Positions 13,997 through 27,689 of a stretch of DNA of 64,000 nucleotides are shown one piece after another. The DNA lies in assembly GCF_004010195.1 (NCBI RefSeq), contig NC_057758.1:3091819-3155818 (forward strand), written 5' to 3'. A model generated the notes under the pieces. That model worked only from the letters and a program-made list of their open reading frames with translations, was not told the DNA's origin and did no database searches. The translations under genes and the position numbers were made by a program. The stretch is from Chiloscyllium plagiosum (taxonomy: Eukaryota). Each line of letters begins with the position of its first letter. Within the stretch, counting starts at the first letter, position 1.

Positions 13997-14163
13997 GAGA
14001 AAGTGAGGACTGCAGGTGCTGGAGATCAGAGCTGAAAATGTGTTGCTGGAAAAGCGCAACAGGTCAGGCAGCATCCAAGGAGCAGGAGAATCGACGTTAC
14101 GGGCATGAGCCCTTCTTCAGGATTCCTGAAGAAGGGCTCATGCCCAAAACGTCAATTCTCCTG
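13997..14163. mobile_element. Non-coding palindromic PLE mini-element
   Basis: 15-bp TSD ctagatagaacatag (13982-13996 and 14164-14178); 42-bp inverted arms centred on 14123, each with a hammerhead-like motif. Confidence 0.85.
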
Positions 14164-14549
14164 CTAGATAGAACATAGAACATACAACACTTCAGCATAA
14201 GAAGAGGCTTTTCAACTCATCATATCTTTGTCGACCATGAAGCCATGCATCTGGCCGCACGTGGTCAGTCTCCTCTGTACTTTGCCTGCTCATGTGTTTG
14301 TCGAAATGGATCGTAAATGCTGCTTCTACGACTTTCCCCGGCGTCACGTTCCAGGCATCCATCAACTTTGGTGAAAAGAAAAATCTCTCAGAAGTTTAAT
14401 TTTAACTTCCCTTTCTCACCTTAACCAACGTCAGCTGGCATTTTACATCTGCACCTTGATAAAAAGAAAAAATCTGACTATCCATGCACCTCATAATTTT
14501 ATATGCTTCTTTCAGGCCCAATCTTTCAGGCTCCTGTTCTCTCCAGAAA

Positions 14550-14792
14550 TCAAGCAGTTCAGGCAGAATCCGAGGAGCAGGAAAATAGACGTTTAAGGCC
14601 GGAGCCCCTCATTGTACAAACTGTAATAAAGCTCATGAACTGTTTACATGGAGAGGAATGTGTCATTCGTGATGAAAGGCTCCGGCCCGAAACGTCTATT
14701 TTCCTGCTCATTGGATGCTGCCTTATCTGCTGTGCTTTTCCCGCAACACACTCTCTTCTCTGATCTCCACCATCTGCAGTCCTCATTGTCTC
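14550..14792. mobile_element. Palindromic PLE mini-element inside an old CR1
   Basis: Inverted pLTR arms; plus arm gUGAUGAaaggcuccggcccGAAACGUC followed by the ...catctgcagtcctca pLTR end. Confidence 0.75.
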
Positions 14793-15509
14793 GAAAAATC
14801 AATCCAACTTCCTCCAAACTGTCCATGTATCGAACATAATCCAAGCCTGGCAACATCCCAATGAACCTCTTTGGCATCTCCTCAACGCCTCCAGTCTTAT
14901 TCTGAGACTGTTTCAAACTGGAACTGCACACAATACTGTAAATGTAATCTAAATCACATTTTATAAAGTTGCACTATAACTTGCTACAGGTGCATCAACT
15001 GATGAAGCTTTGTTCACTTCCTTTGCCAGTTTGAGGGAGCTATGGATTTGATCACAAGGTCTCTCTGTACATCAATGTTTTAAAGGGTTCTATGGTTTAC
15101 TGTACACTTTCTTGTTGAAATTGCTCTCACAAAACGTTTTAGTCACATTGTCTGGATTAAACACTATCTATTACTTCACGACCTAACTTTCTAAATGATC
15201 TTTAGCCAGCTGTCTTTTTTAATGACTTTCTCACTACCCACATCTTCACCAATCATCATGGCAAATGCAAACGTACTTATGTATCGACCTGCCTGCATTG
15301 ATATTTGCTAAATATCAATGATTACAGACCTCCATTTATTATACTAATAGTCACATAACAGATTTCCCTTCCATTTAAGTTTTATAGAAATTTCATAGCC
15401 GGGATTTTTCTGTATTTCGTGCTGCAGTAATTAACTGGTGAGAAAGATAGAATTTATTTTATGCATAAGGATTTAATATTAGTTAAAGAGCGAGCAATAA
15501 ATGCAAACT

Positions 15510-15994
15510 GACAATGTAACAACTTGGAGAAAGGCCCTTCAGCCCAGACTGGTCCATGTCAACCAAAGTATACACCATGCTAACCACATTTCGTTGCACT
15601 TGGCTCATGTTCTTCTAAACATTTCCTATCCAAGTATTTGTCCAAATGTTTTTTAAATGTTGTTAAAGGTACCTGTCTCAACTACTTTCACTGGCAGCTT
15701 CTTCCATGTACGTACCATTTTTTAATAGAAAAGAAGTTGGTCCTCAGGTTCCCTTTTATTCTTTCCCCTCTAACCTTAAATTGATGCCCTCTTGTCTTCA
15801 ATTCCATAACCCTGGGAAAAACCTTTTCCATGCCTCTCATGATCTTATATACTTCTATATAATTACCGCTCAATATTCTATGCTCTAATTTTAAAAAGTC
15901 ATCGCTTGTCCAACCTCTCCCTCAAGCTCAGACTGTTGAGTCCTGGCAACATCCTTTTAAGTTACGTCTGCACTTTTTCCATTTTACTAACATC
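15510..15994 (-). mobile_element. CR1 3' fragment
   Basis: IEVYKIMRGM...KTRGHQFKVRGERIKGNLR. Confidence 0.8.
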
Positions 15995-16240
15995 TGTGAC
16001 GATGCTGTCACTTTTAGAATGTTACTTTGTTCTTGTTTTTTTTTACGAGAGGTCAGAAAGGCAGAAGTTCGAAGTGTCGAGTTTAACAATGGCAGGGGAG
16101 AGGCCACTTCTCACAGTTCAGGTTTTATTCTAAATTTGGTTTATCTGCGGCAGTCGGAAGATGCTGACGTTCAGGAAAATTAGAAACCTTTATGAGATGC
16201 TTCCTGACTGCTTATGTCTGTCTGAAATGTCTTTGAAAGT
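15995..16240 (+). mobile_element. Gypsy LTR 5' fragment
   Basis: Begins TGTGACGATG, like the LTRs at 32930 (-) and 57365 (+). Confidence 0.6.
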
Positions 16241-16244
16241 TGTC

Positions 16245-18490
16245 AGTTAAGGATAGTATAACGGTGGCTGAGAGAACTTTTGATGAGGATTTGTCTACAT
16301 AGGTAGTGTGGGCTGAGGTTAGAAACAGGAGAGGAGATGTCACACTGCTTGGAGTACTTTATAGGCCTCCGCAGACCTCCAGTGAGGTGGAACAGAGGAT
16401 TAGCAAAAATTATTCATGGTAGGAGTGAAAGGAACAAGGTGGTCATTATGGGGGACTTTACCTTCCCCAACATTGACTGGAAATGCTATAACTCTAGTTC
16501 GTTGGATGGATCAGTTTTTGTCCAATGTGTACGGGAGTGTTTCCTGATTTAGTATGTGGAAGACCCGACAAGAGGGGAGGCCACGCTGCATCTGGTGCTT
16601 GTTAATGAACAGGCCAAGTGTTTGATTTAGTTGAGCACTTTGGAGAGAGTGACCATAATTCAGTTACGTTTAGTTTAGCGATGGAAAGGGATAGGTACAT
16701 GCCACAGGTCAAGAGTTATCGATGGGACAAGGACAGTTATAACGCGATTAGGCAAGAATTCGAATGCATTGAATTGGGGTAGCACAATTCAGGAGATGCA
16801 GATAATGGAAATGTGGAGCTGGTTTAATGAACAGATATTACGCGTCCTTGATAGGTATGTCCCTGTCAGGCAGGGAGGAAGTGATAAGGAAGGGATCCGT
16901 GGTTTACTACAGGAGTTGCATCTCTTGTTAAGCAGAAGAAGGGGGCTTTATGAGGCAAGATAGTTCAGATGAGGCGATGGAGAGGAACAGATCAGCTAGG
17001 AAGGATTTAAAGAGAGAGTTAAGCAGAGCAAAGAAAGAACATGAGCCGTCTTTAGCAAATAGAATAAGGAGAACACTAAAGCTTTCTAAAGATATGTGAG
17101 GAATAAAAGGATGTTTAGGGAAGAAATAGGGCCGATCAAAGACAGAAGTGGGAAGTTGAGTGTCGACGCTGTGGAGATTGGAGAGGTACGAAACACGTTG
17201 GTTTTCACTCGGGAAAAGGAAAATATTGAAGAGGAGAAGAATGAGGTATGGGATATTTGACTAGAAAGGATCGATATTAATTCCGAACAGGTGTTATCAA
17301 TTCTAGAAGGAGCGAAAGTAAACAAGTCCCCTGGGTCGGATGGGATTTATCCAAGGATTCTCTGAGAAGCTAGGGAGGAGACAGCAGAGCCCTTGGTTTT
17401 TACAAGATGATTAGGGGTTTAGATAGGGTTGACAGTGAGAATCTTTTTCCACGTATGGAGTCAGTTATTACAAGGGGGCATAGCTTTTAATTAAGGGGGG
17501 GTAGGTATAGGACAGATGTTAGGGGTAGGTTCTTTACTCAGNNNNNNNNNNNNNNNNNTGGGCTTGGATCGGCGCAACATCGAGGGCCGAAGGGCCTGTA
17601 CTGCGCTGTATTCTTCTATGTTCTATGTTCTATGTTCTAAGTTGAGTCGTCATTGTCTACAGATTAAGTACCAGAGGACGGGAGGATTGGAAATGTTGTG
17701 CCCTTGTTCGAGAAGGGCAGCAGAAATGTCCCAGGTAATTATAGCCTTACTTCTGTTGTAGGAAAGTTTTTGGAAAAGATTATAAGAGATAAGATTTATA
17801 ATCATAAACAAGCAACAATTCGATTCAGATACTCAACATGGTTTCATCAAGGACAGGTCGTGTCTCACAAACCTTATTGTGTTTTTTTGAGAAAGTGACC
17901 AATCATGTAGATGAGGGTAGAACAGTTGACGTGGTACATATGAACTTCAGTAATGCCTTTGAAAAGGTTCCACAAGGAGGCATGGAATCGAGGGTGATTT
18001 AGCAGTTTGGATTAGAAATTGGCTTTCTGGAAAAAGGCAGCGAGTGATGGTTGATGGAAAGTATTCAGCCTGGAGTACGGTTACTAGTGGTGTGCCACAA
18101 GGATCTGTTTTGGCACCACTGCTGTTTGTCATTTTTATAAATGACTTAGATGCAGGCATAGGTGAATGGATTAGTAAATTTGCAGACAACACTAAAGTCG
18201 GTGGAGTAGTGGACAGTTTGTACGAATGTTACGGTTGTGGGGGACTTGGATAAACTGTAGAATTGGGCTGCGAGGTGGCAAATGGAATTCAACGCAGCTA
18301 AATGTGAGGTGATACACTTTGGGAAGAATAACAGGAAGGCAGAGTACTGAGTCAACGGAAAGATTCTTAGTAGTACAGAGGGATCCTGGAGTTCATGTAT
18401 GTAGATCCCTGAAAGTTGCCACCCAGGTGGATAGTGCTATTAAGAATCCATACGGTGTGTTAAGTTTCATCTGGGGAGTAATCGAAGGTG
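16245..18490 (+). mobile_element. CR1 ORF2 (APE endonuclease and RT) with nested younger CR1 3' end (17401-17638)
   Basis: [42 protein letters not shown]...KFADNTK; nested piece ends in (TTCTATG)n. Confidence 0.9.
17542..17558. other. Assembly gap (17 N)
   Basis: Run of N within a CR1 tail. Confidence 1.
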
Positions 18491-18504
18491 AAGAAAGCCA
18501 TCTT

Positions 18505-18795
18505 GGGGCAGTAGGGTGGTTCAGTGGTTAGATCTGTTACCTCAAAGTGCTCGAGACTTAGGTTCGATTCCAGCCTCGGGAGACTGTCTCTGTCAAGTGT
18601 GCACATTCTCCCCGTGTCAGCGTGGGTATCCAATGGGTGCTCCGATTTCTTCCCACAATCAAAAGATGTGCAGGTAAGTTGCATGTAGCGTTTGATACGT
18701 TAGTCAGAGGGAAATGGGCTTGGGTGGGTTACTCTTCAGAGGGTCTCTGTCGGCTTTTAGGACGAAAGGGCCTGTTTCCCCAATGTAGCGAATCG
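18505..18795 (+). mobile_element. HE1-type SINE (diverged)
   Basis: ggtggttcagtggttag...ggttcgattcc, tgcacattctccccgtgtc, gggcctgtttcc tail. Confidence 0.85.
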
Positions 18796-18796
18796 A

Positions 18797-21700
18797 ATAT
18801 AAATGCACATGAGCTTGAGCCAGAAACCAACAGACATTTTAGAAATTTAAGGAGGGACACTAGCCAAGCATGCATCGAATTTGAAAGGATGAAATAATGC
18901 AATTTTGTTAGGTGGAAACGTCCATTCAAAGTTACATTAGAGAGATGGTCTTTTTGGAGGAGTTCAAAAGTTCATTCGCTATGGTTGTGAGATCTCATGT
19001 GGAAGAATAGTGTTAAACGGCAAGCTAAGCAGCGAAAATGGTCGAAAATCGTGAATTTGTTCATAAATACACGTTGGGTTTCGAACATCAATTTCAATCT
19101 GGGATGGAAGAAAGTGGGAAAAGAGAAATTCCCACATGGTAAGGGGAAAGTAGATTTCGGTGAAAGTAATAAAGGTAGCTAACCACAGTTTATCAAGGAA
19201 ACACATGAAGGAGAAAGAGAAGTCAAAAAGCTTCAGTTGTTTCAAAGCAGGAAAGTAGGCCAAATTAAGTCGCAATGCTGGTGAGTTAGCAAAAAAAAAG
19301 CAAGAGAAGATGGAAGAAGTAAAACAAAAGAAATCAGTGAGTCGTGATGAAGTGGTAAATGAAAGCACAGCGGAGGTTGAAAATCTGCACCACAATGTAG
19401 ATTGTTTGAGGAGGAATTGTCAGATCTGCATAAATCATTTACTTGCAAACATAAGTTGTACTGTCATAGGTGGAGCAGGTAACGAAGTTACAGTATTAAG
19501 ATATTTGGGATTAGGTCACGGGTGGCACGGTGGCACAGTGGTTAGCACTGCTGCCTCACAGCGCCTGAGACCCGGGTTCATTTTCCGCCTCAGGCGACTG
19601 ACTGTGTGGAGTTTGCACGTTCTCCGCGTGTCTGCGTGGGCACCCTCCGGGTGCTCCGGTTTCCTCCCACAGTCCAAAGATGTGCAGGTCAGGTGAATTG
19701 GCCATGCTAAATTGCCCGTAGTGTTAGGTAAGGGGTAAATGTAGGGGTATGGGTGGGTTGCGCTTCGGCGGGTCGGTGTGGACTTGTTGGCCCGAAGGGC
19801 CTGTTTCCACACTGTAATCTAATCTAATCTAAATCTAATCTAATCAATATCTGATGTCGAGAGATGTGGAGATATGCTACGCAGAAGGACGATTGTAAGA
19901 GTGCTTGTAAGTGGAATTCATTGTACAGCAAGAAGTGCTCTATTATGTATCATGTGGTTAATACTTCCAGTGAAACTTAGAGAAATTACTGGAAAATTAC
20001 TGCATTACTGGAAAAACTCCCAGCTCTAGAACTACAAATTCTCATTGTTAACGATATATTTGGATAACTGGTAGGAGTGCAGTCTAACGTGGTTGAAAAG
20101 CCAGCAGAAAATCTAGTATTACAGAAAGCATATCCTGGGATTTTTCCTGACTGAGTGAGAACAAGGTCACAAATTCACAAGTTGCAACAGCAGGGGAAAT
20201 CAAAGAATGCAGAAAGGGAAGTCGAAGTAGAATTATCAATGACCAACCTTGCTCGAATGGTTGATACATAACCGGAACAGGTGGAGGGTAAAATGGATAT
20301 TTTTAGCTCAGAGAAATTAACTGTGTTACAACAGCAAGTTGAAAAACTGATACAATTGTATCAAGAAAAATACACGGAAGAAGCATCTGTACATATCCCT
20401 GATATCTGCTATCCTAGAAATGATGTCTTTATGAGGAAATAGGACTACCACATATTCAGGCAAAAGACAAATAGGAAAATGTTCATCAAACTCATGTTAG
20501 CAGTGGGATATAGAAAGGAGTGGTTACGATTTGTGCATGATCTATCATGTGCAGGTCTTTTAGGGGTATGAAAAGCTCATCTGAAATGCAAAACGTGTTT
20601 ACTGGCCTGGATAGCATATGGATGCAGAAAAATTTTGCCAGAAATATCAAACATGACAGATAATTGGAAAACAATAGCAGTAATAAAATCGGTATCTTTA
20701 ATACTGATTCCTGCATTTTAGGATCCTTTTACAAGACTCTTAAATTGATTCTGCAGGATGCCTACTTAAAATAAAAAGTGGGAAATAACATTTATTAACA
20801 ATAAGGGATGTGTTCACTAAATTTCCTGAGGCCTTTCTATAATGCATTATCACAGCGAAAAGGAATGTAGAAGAGATGCTCATTTTTTTCCCTGGATATG
20901 GATGAGCCCCTGAGATACAAATCAAATGGAGGATCAAACGTTACATTAAAAAAAAACAAGAAGTTATGGAAACGGTAGAAATAAAACAATTGAAATCCAC
21001 TGCCTACCATTCAGAATCGTAAAAAGTACTAGAAAGATGGCATTAGATGTGAAAGACAATGTTGAGAGCTTATCATCACGATTAATCAGATGAATGGGAT
21101 GAAGGAATTCAGTTTGCACTTCTTGTATTCGGACATGCACCAAATGAATCCAACAAATTCAGTACATCTGAATTAGTTTTTGGCCATGAAGTGAGGGAAT
21201 CAATAAAATTGATAAAGGAGAATTTGGAAAATTAGAATTCAGATCACGTATTTGGACTGTTCGTCAAATTTCAGTGAACGGTTAAATAAAGCAAGGGGGT
21301 TGGCTAGACAGCATATAAAATTGCACAGTATATGGTGAAACAGCATGAAATCAAATACTCGCTAATTTGCTAACACAGATAATTTGTTAGTGTTAATTTC
21401 AGTGATAGGTGTACCTTTCAAAACAAAGTCTTGTGACTCCTACCAAGGCGGAAAGAGAGTGTATCAGGTGAACTATTTGATAGTGACACCAGACAGAAAG
21501 CAATCTTACAGAGTGTAACATATGAATATGTTCCGCAATTGTTTTGAAAGGGAAGGAAAGCAAAAGGAGAACGCATTGTTGGTTACAACACAGAGTGAAG
21601 AACGATGTTCAGAGGATTGTGAGTTAGACATTCTTCAAATTAATGGTCAATAGACAATGAGGAAGTTGTCAAAATTTGGGAATCTCAATTGAAATACTTT

Positions 21701-23145
21701 CCAGAGAAAAATCGAAATAACCTGCAAGAATTGTTGCTAAAGCGGGGGAAATATGTGGAATATGATGAAAGTACTAATCTAATTATGCATGATATAGATA
21801 TAGAAAATGCTGTTCTAATTAAGCAGCATCCTCCTCAGCTTAACCCTCTAAAGTTGGCGCAGGTTCAAGAGAAGATTGAATGCATGTTTCAAGACGACAT
21901 ATTCCAAGTGAGTTGCAGTGACTGGCGCTCACCCATAGTAATTGTGCCAAAATCACATGATGCACATCGTTACGTGTGGACAGTCGTAATGCCAATGAAG
22001 TTGCAGAGTCTGAATCAAGTCCGACTCCAGGTTTGGAAGACAGTATTCTAAAGGTGGGACAAGCAACGTATACTTCTAAGTTGGGCTTACAAAGTGGTTA
22101 CTGGTAGGTAACTTTCTCTGAGTGAAGACAATTACAGCTTTCATAACACCGAATCGACTGCATCAATTTAAACCCATTATCTGGTACATATTGACAACCA
22201 GTGAGTTTTAGTCACACATGGAATGAACATCTGCTGCATCCATCACATTTATTTGACTGACTTGCTGATGAAGGCTGGCTTGCTGAAGAATATGGCTAAG
22301 ATTGAATAAGCAAATCCCAAGTCACCTTCATCAACCATGTTGTCAGACATGAACAAGTGGTCCCACGGAATATAAAAACAAAGCTTATTGGTTGGAGACG
22401 TTCCCACGCCATCGGCAAAGAGAGCAGTACCAGTATTCCTCGGATTGAGTGGGTTTTATCAGAATTTCATATCAGCAATGTGTCTTCCCCACGACTGAAT
22501 TATGAAACAAATGGAAATCGCTTCTTTAGACGGCAAATTTTAAGAAGGCATTCAACAGCCTGAAAGTTGTGTAAACTACTGCTCCAGTATTAGCCACACC
22601 TAATTACGCAAAGTCTTTCAAGGTGGCTATAGGTGCCACTGATCTTGGTGTCAGTGCTGTACTCTTCCAATAAAACGACGGGAAGAAAGAAAAGCTTATC
22701 CGGCATTTCTCCAGGAAATTGAACATTTTTCCTAAATCAATATTAGACAATTAAGAAGGAAACTTTGAATTTGATGTTGCCGTTACATTTCAACAGTTAT
22801 GTTGCCAGAAATGTGTCTGAGACAATCATACATATTATCATCACCCATTAAAGAGTTTGCAGGAATTTAAGGACAAAAATTCGGGACTGTTACATGGAAG
22901 TTGTTCTTTTGAAGATTGTACATGCGGCAGGATGAGAAAACGTGATTGCCTACACATAGTCGAGTTTCGAATGAAAAACAGAGATGCTTGGTGGCAGACG
23001 TAAATGGAGTGAAATAGAATGTCGGATTGCTTGTTTGCATTGTTGTGGTCAATGCAATATATTTGTGCTTTAACAGGGTAAGGCTAAGTGGTTTTCAAAT
23101 GAAACGATCTTTGTACATTAGTGGTTCATTTTCTTTAAGAGGAAC
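18797..23145 (+). mobile_element. Gmr1-type Gypsy copy 2 (gag C-term, PR, INT, RT, RH), degenerate
   Basis: HELEPETNRHFRNLRR (gag); VTVLR (protease, split by a SINE); integrase about 20500-21540; KQHPPQLNPLK and WRSPIVIVPK (RT); PVLATPNYAKSFKVA and ENVIAY (RH). Confidence 0.85.
19518..19843 (+). mobile_element. HE1-type V-SINE, young
   Basis: Full head, V-domain and tail with (AATCT)n; near-identical to 3297-3611. Confidence 0.92.
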
Positions 23146-24428
23146 ACCTTTTGTCCAACCACTAACTAACTGCCATAACTTATCAGGGTCTTAAATTGCT
23201 GCAGTGATGAGAGAGAAAGTGGAAATCAGCAGACATTTTGGTGCTTCATGTACTTCTATTAGCTGCTCTGACGATGTCCAGAAATTCCACATAAATTAGT
23301 TCGACTTGTGTGCCTTGTCTGCATGCAGACTAATCATTACCTTATTTTATCTATTAACAGTATGACCTTTATTGGAACAAAAGCGTAAATGTAGCTGCAT
23401 CTTTAGTGGTGTTTGTTTTTTTTTTGTTCTGGTATCTCACGCGCCTGCAGTCTGAAACACACAGACATTCCAACTCATGTTAAGAAATATTTATTTGAAG
23501 TTATATTAAATGTTTATTAAAGAAAACATGAATGAGATGCCCAGACATTCGGTGCAGCCAAGGCAGTGTAATTTTTCACTGTTCCAGTGATGATGATTCA
23601 ATACATCAAACGAAAAGGCAAACATTATGCCTCCTAATCATTACGCACTCTGTGTGATCACAGGTCAAGTGAATCATACTCCTACTTATTAAAGCAATTA
23701 TCTGCGTATGCATTGTGGAAATGACCAGTTGCCATTCGGTTTTCTTAGGCTCTATATTACATCATAATATAGAGTAAAGGATTGCCAAGTTAGTACGAAT
23801 ATGCTTGTTAACAATAGTTCCAAATTCTAGTCAATGGGTCAAATCCATAAATGTATTCAGAAAAGAAGAAGTCACAAACTCCTGCTTTATTATGCGGAAT
23901 TCCCTCCATCGTTCCCTGTGGCACTGCCCATGTACTAAATAAACAGATTTGGAAAGCAAGCTCCAGCAAATTAATGCGTCTCATCCACGAGGTTGTAACA
24001 CCTATGAACAGGTACATTGTCTTCAGCCGAAATTTGCAATATCATCAGCGGCATAGGCAAAAGCTTTTATTATAAACTGAGTATGTTAGTTTAAATTAGA
24101 AGGCAGAACAGCACATCAGATATCGGTGAGGGCGTGACCAGAAAAAGATGTCAACACCTGCTGCAACTACTGCACGACTGATTTTAAAATAATGATTAAA
24201 AAGCAAGCCAACCTCACAACTGGCAGACTCTATCTAAACCCAGCAGATACCCCACATCTAGCTCAATGCAGTCACAGAGGCAGAAAGCACAAAACAGACG
24301 CGAAACTCCAACTCGTCCATGCCGACCAGTATCCTAAACTAATCTAGATTCGTGCCAAAATTTGGCCCTTATCCCTCCATCCATTCTTTTACATATAGCA
24401 ATTGAGATATTTTTCCATGTTATAATTA

Positions 24429-24760
24429 TGTTATGGACTATACCAAGCCCCTTAAAACCATGTCAATAACGCAGGTCAAACGTTTATTGTAGTTTGGAGC
24501 GTGTGCGAGTGAATATTCCAGGATTGATGCAGCTGAGCAAAACAGAATTTATTTTCAGGCTAACAGATGGAACAGAAGCAAAAGGGAACAAAATACAGAG
24601 TAAGTTAGCCTACCCGAAAACCCAACAAGATATACCAACTTAATGATGGTGTTCCAAAGCTCTACAACAGTCCACATAATCACCCCTTAGCAAAAAATAA
24701 ATAAAATGAAACACAGATTCTCACGGGAGAGGGTCAGTGACAGTGCCACAAGCCACCTTC
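24429..24760 (-). mobile_element. Partial solo Gypsy LTR
   Basis: tgttatggac...accaacttaatgatggtgttcca...; homologous to 32300-32640. Confidence 0.6.
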
Positions 24761-25339
24761 AGTACACACTTCAGTCAAGCACGGTAAAACCTCTCCCACC
24801 ATAAGAACAATCTCGCTCTCATTTGAAAAAAAAAAGATTTGACTCCCCAGTTTCGTGAATGACAAGTGTCAACGCAACGTGCATCTTTATCCCAGGACCA
24901 TACTTGCACATCCTTCACGGTTTATTGATCAAGCAAGTTTGGTGTAACTATTTGCTTGTGCCTCAGACTTCTACAGCTATAATTGCACTTGTTAAATGGG
25001 CTACTCAGCATCTCTAAGGGGATTTGGAAAAGACAACCCAGTCCTCGCAGGGAATTCCCTGCATTCATCCCGCGATAAAACAAGCGATATGTGTAAACAT
25101 TTTCGACGTGATAAAGGCACATTCAGTGGTGATCTATCCAGTTCAGATTCAAAGTTGGAAAGGTGCGCATGCATGACTTATCCTCGGTAGTTTATTCTTG
25201 TATTGTGTCACATCACTGTTATTTATGTTCAATATGGACCAGGTTCATGTAATCATGAAACCAAAAACTCATACTTCGCCTTTTGGCATAACCCGTCATT
25301 GGATACCAGAAATCCAAAGCTGAAAGAATCACATTTGCC

Positions 25340-26740
25340 TGCGAACCTTCAGAATCATACATCACTCTAAATTTCTTTAAAATATTGTAATTTTATCCAT
25401 TTGGACAACTTTCTCTGGCAAATCATTTCATATACACAACAATCTCTGTGTGACACAGTTGACCTTCAATTGAATCTCTGCCTGTTATCTTAAAATTATC
25501 GCTTCTCGGTTTGGACTTCCATACACTGGGAAAAGGACCTTAACTATTCATCTTTTTTAATGTCCCTTATGGTTTCAAAATCATACTTGAATTCACCTTC
25601 TCCCTCCGAAGCTCCAGTAAAAGAAGTTCCAGTCGATCCCAACCCTCCTTATAATTCAAAGCTTCTAGCCTCGGTAAAATCCTTGCAAAACTTTTTGTAC
25701 CCCCTCCAGCGTACTGTCATCCTTACCTTGTCATGCAAACTGAATTGAACAAAGTACTCAAAATGTGTTCTTACTATTGTCTTGCAAAACTGTAACAGAA
25801 TAATTGGCGGTCAGAATCATTGGCGACCTTTAAGCGGCAATTGGATAGGTACATGGATGGGTGTTTAAACTAGGACAAATGTTCGGCACAACATCGTGGG
25901 TCGAAGGGCCTGTTCTGTGCTGTATTGTTCTATGTTCTATGTTCTAACATGACATCTGAACTCCTTTATTCAATGCTGAAAGTGAAGAAGGCAAGGGAAC
26001 TAAGTAACTTCTTTAACACCCTGTTTACCAGTGATATCATTTTCAATGTTAAGTCTCTCATCTTTTAGAATTATAATTTTGCTTTCAGCAGTTCCCACAT
26101 CTCTGCTCGACAACACTTCCCCGGGCCCTTCCATTAACTGTAGGCTTTGTGTTATCACATTACAACACCTCACATTCATCCTAAATAAGTTCTATGTGCC
26201 ATCCTCAGCCACTGGTCCGGCTGTTAAAGATATGATTATACTCTCAGATAACCTTCTTGCTGTCCACTGTATCACTAATCTTAGTGACATCAACAAACCT
26301 ATTCGAAATGCCTGTTAAAATATCAGGCAAATCGTTTATATAAGTGAGGGACGATAGTGGACACTTTTGTCTCGTACCATCAAAATCACTTTGTATTCAA
26401 TTGACAATCTTTCTCTCCACCCCACCTTATTAATCAGTCTACCATTCAATACGTTGTCGACGGATGTGTTAATGTCAAATAGACAACATGCACTGCTCTG
26501 GACTTCAGTGTTTTCTTGGTCATATCTTCATCATAACTCCAATAAATTTCTGAATTGTGACTTACTGTGTATGCTGATCACCTTTGCATTTCCAAATGCT
26601 TGTCAATCCTGTGTCCCACCAGCATTTCCCCTCTCCTCCCCACCCCGCTCCCCCAACAATGTACCTGACACTGATGTTTGGCTTACCAATCTGCAGCTTC
26701 CTGCGTACAGAGTCACCTTATCAGCTGTGGAAAATTCCTA
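25340..26740 (-). mobile_element. Old CR1 with nested young CR1 tail (about 25810-25945, +)
   Basis: Degenerate CR1 RT/3' sequence; nested gtcagaatcattggcgacc...(TTCTATG)n matches 30364-30506. Confidence 0.7.
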
Positions 26741-27344
26741 CTAAATAACAACAAGATTTGCCTTGCTCCAGTTCAACAAATGCAACTTGTGAAACTTGTG
26801 TTTTAAAGCTAAACGACTTATGATCCCCGAACCCAAAATGCTCATCCACAGACACATCAATCACTTGTTGTGCTTTATTTCTGAAGAAAATATTGAATTT
26901 CGCCACTTCTCTAATTGGGCTGTCAATTGGGATTTATTTTTTCCTGAACACTCTGAAGCAATATCTCTCCATTCAAGCTCTTAATACTGTGGAAGACCAC
27001 TGTATGATTGAAAACTTTAAACCGTGTCATCTGCCTACATGTGTGATTCTATATTCCCACTGACAAATGGATTTCTGTGTGGTCGACATTACAATACCAG
27101 AAAAGGGATCATCCCCTTCATATTTCACAAGTCTATCCTTACAGCTCAGTGGGCAATCCGTCAGGAATATAAGCTCCAAGTACTACTGTAATGTTTTCTC
27201 TCAAAGAAATGCCGGTATCCCCTTCTTGCGTCTCATTTCCGTCCTTCATTTACTTTTTAATCCCCTAGTACATTGAGCTCAACTTTGGAACATAGACAGA
27301 CTTTAACCTTACACCTTCAAAATGTTATTGAAGCTGGCATGGCA

Positions 27345-27665
27345 CCTATTGATAAAGTTCCCTTGAGAATGAAACTGTAAAAAAAAATGTTCTGGGGTTT
27401 ACACGTGAAAGAACTGAAAGCAAAATTATAATTCTAAAAGATGAGAGACTTAACAAACAATTCTGGTCTATTTCAATCTCAGCTGCATCACACTGCAAAC
27501 GTTTGCGATAAACTCTATGTCTTATGATCTTATACTTTTTAACCACTTGATGAAGGCGTAGTGCTCCGAAAGCTAATGCTTCCAAATAAACTTCTTGAAC
27601 TATAATCTGGCGTTGTGTGATTTTTAGCTTTGTACACACAAATCTAACACCGACACCTCCAAATT
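27345..27665 (+). mobile_element. PLE pLTR, another family
   Basis: uUGAUGAaggcguagugcuccGAAAGCUA followed by ccaaataaac...ctataa...gttgtgtgatttttag; related degenerate copy at 40050-40225. Confidence 0.65.
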
Positions 27666-27689
27666 GTGGCAACAAATAGGGAATGCGTA

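Noticed and set aside
19815..19843. Short tandem repeats (AATCT)n and (TTCTATG)n as CRISPR-like or telomeric arrays
   Set aside because: No spacers; they are SINE/CR1 3' tails.
23808..24075. Exon-like ORFs on both strands
   Set aside because: No recognisable domain or convincing splice context.
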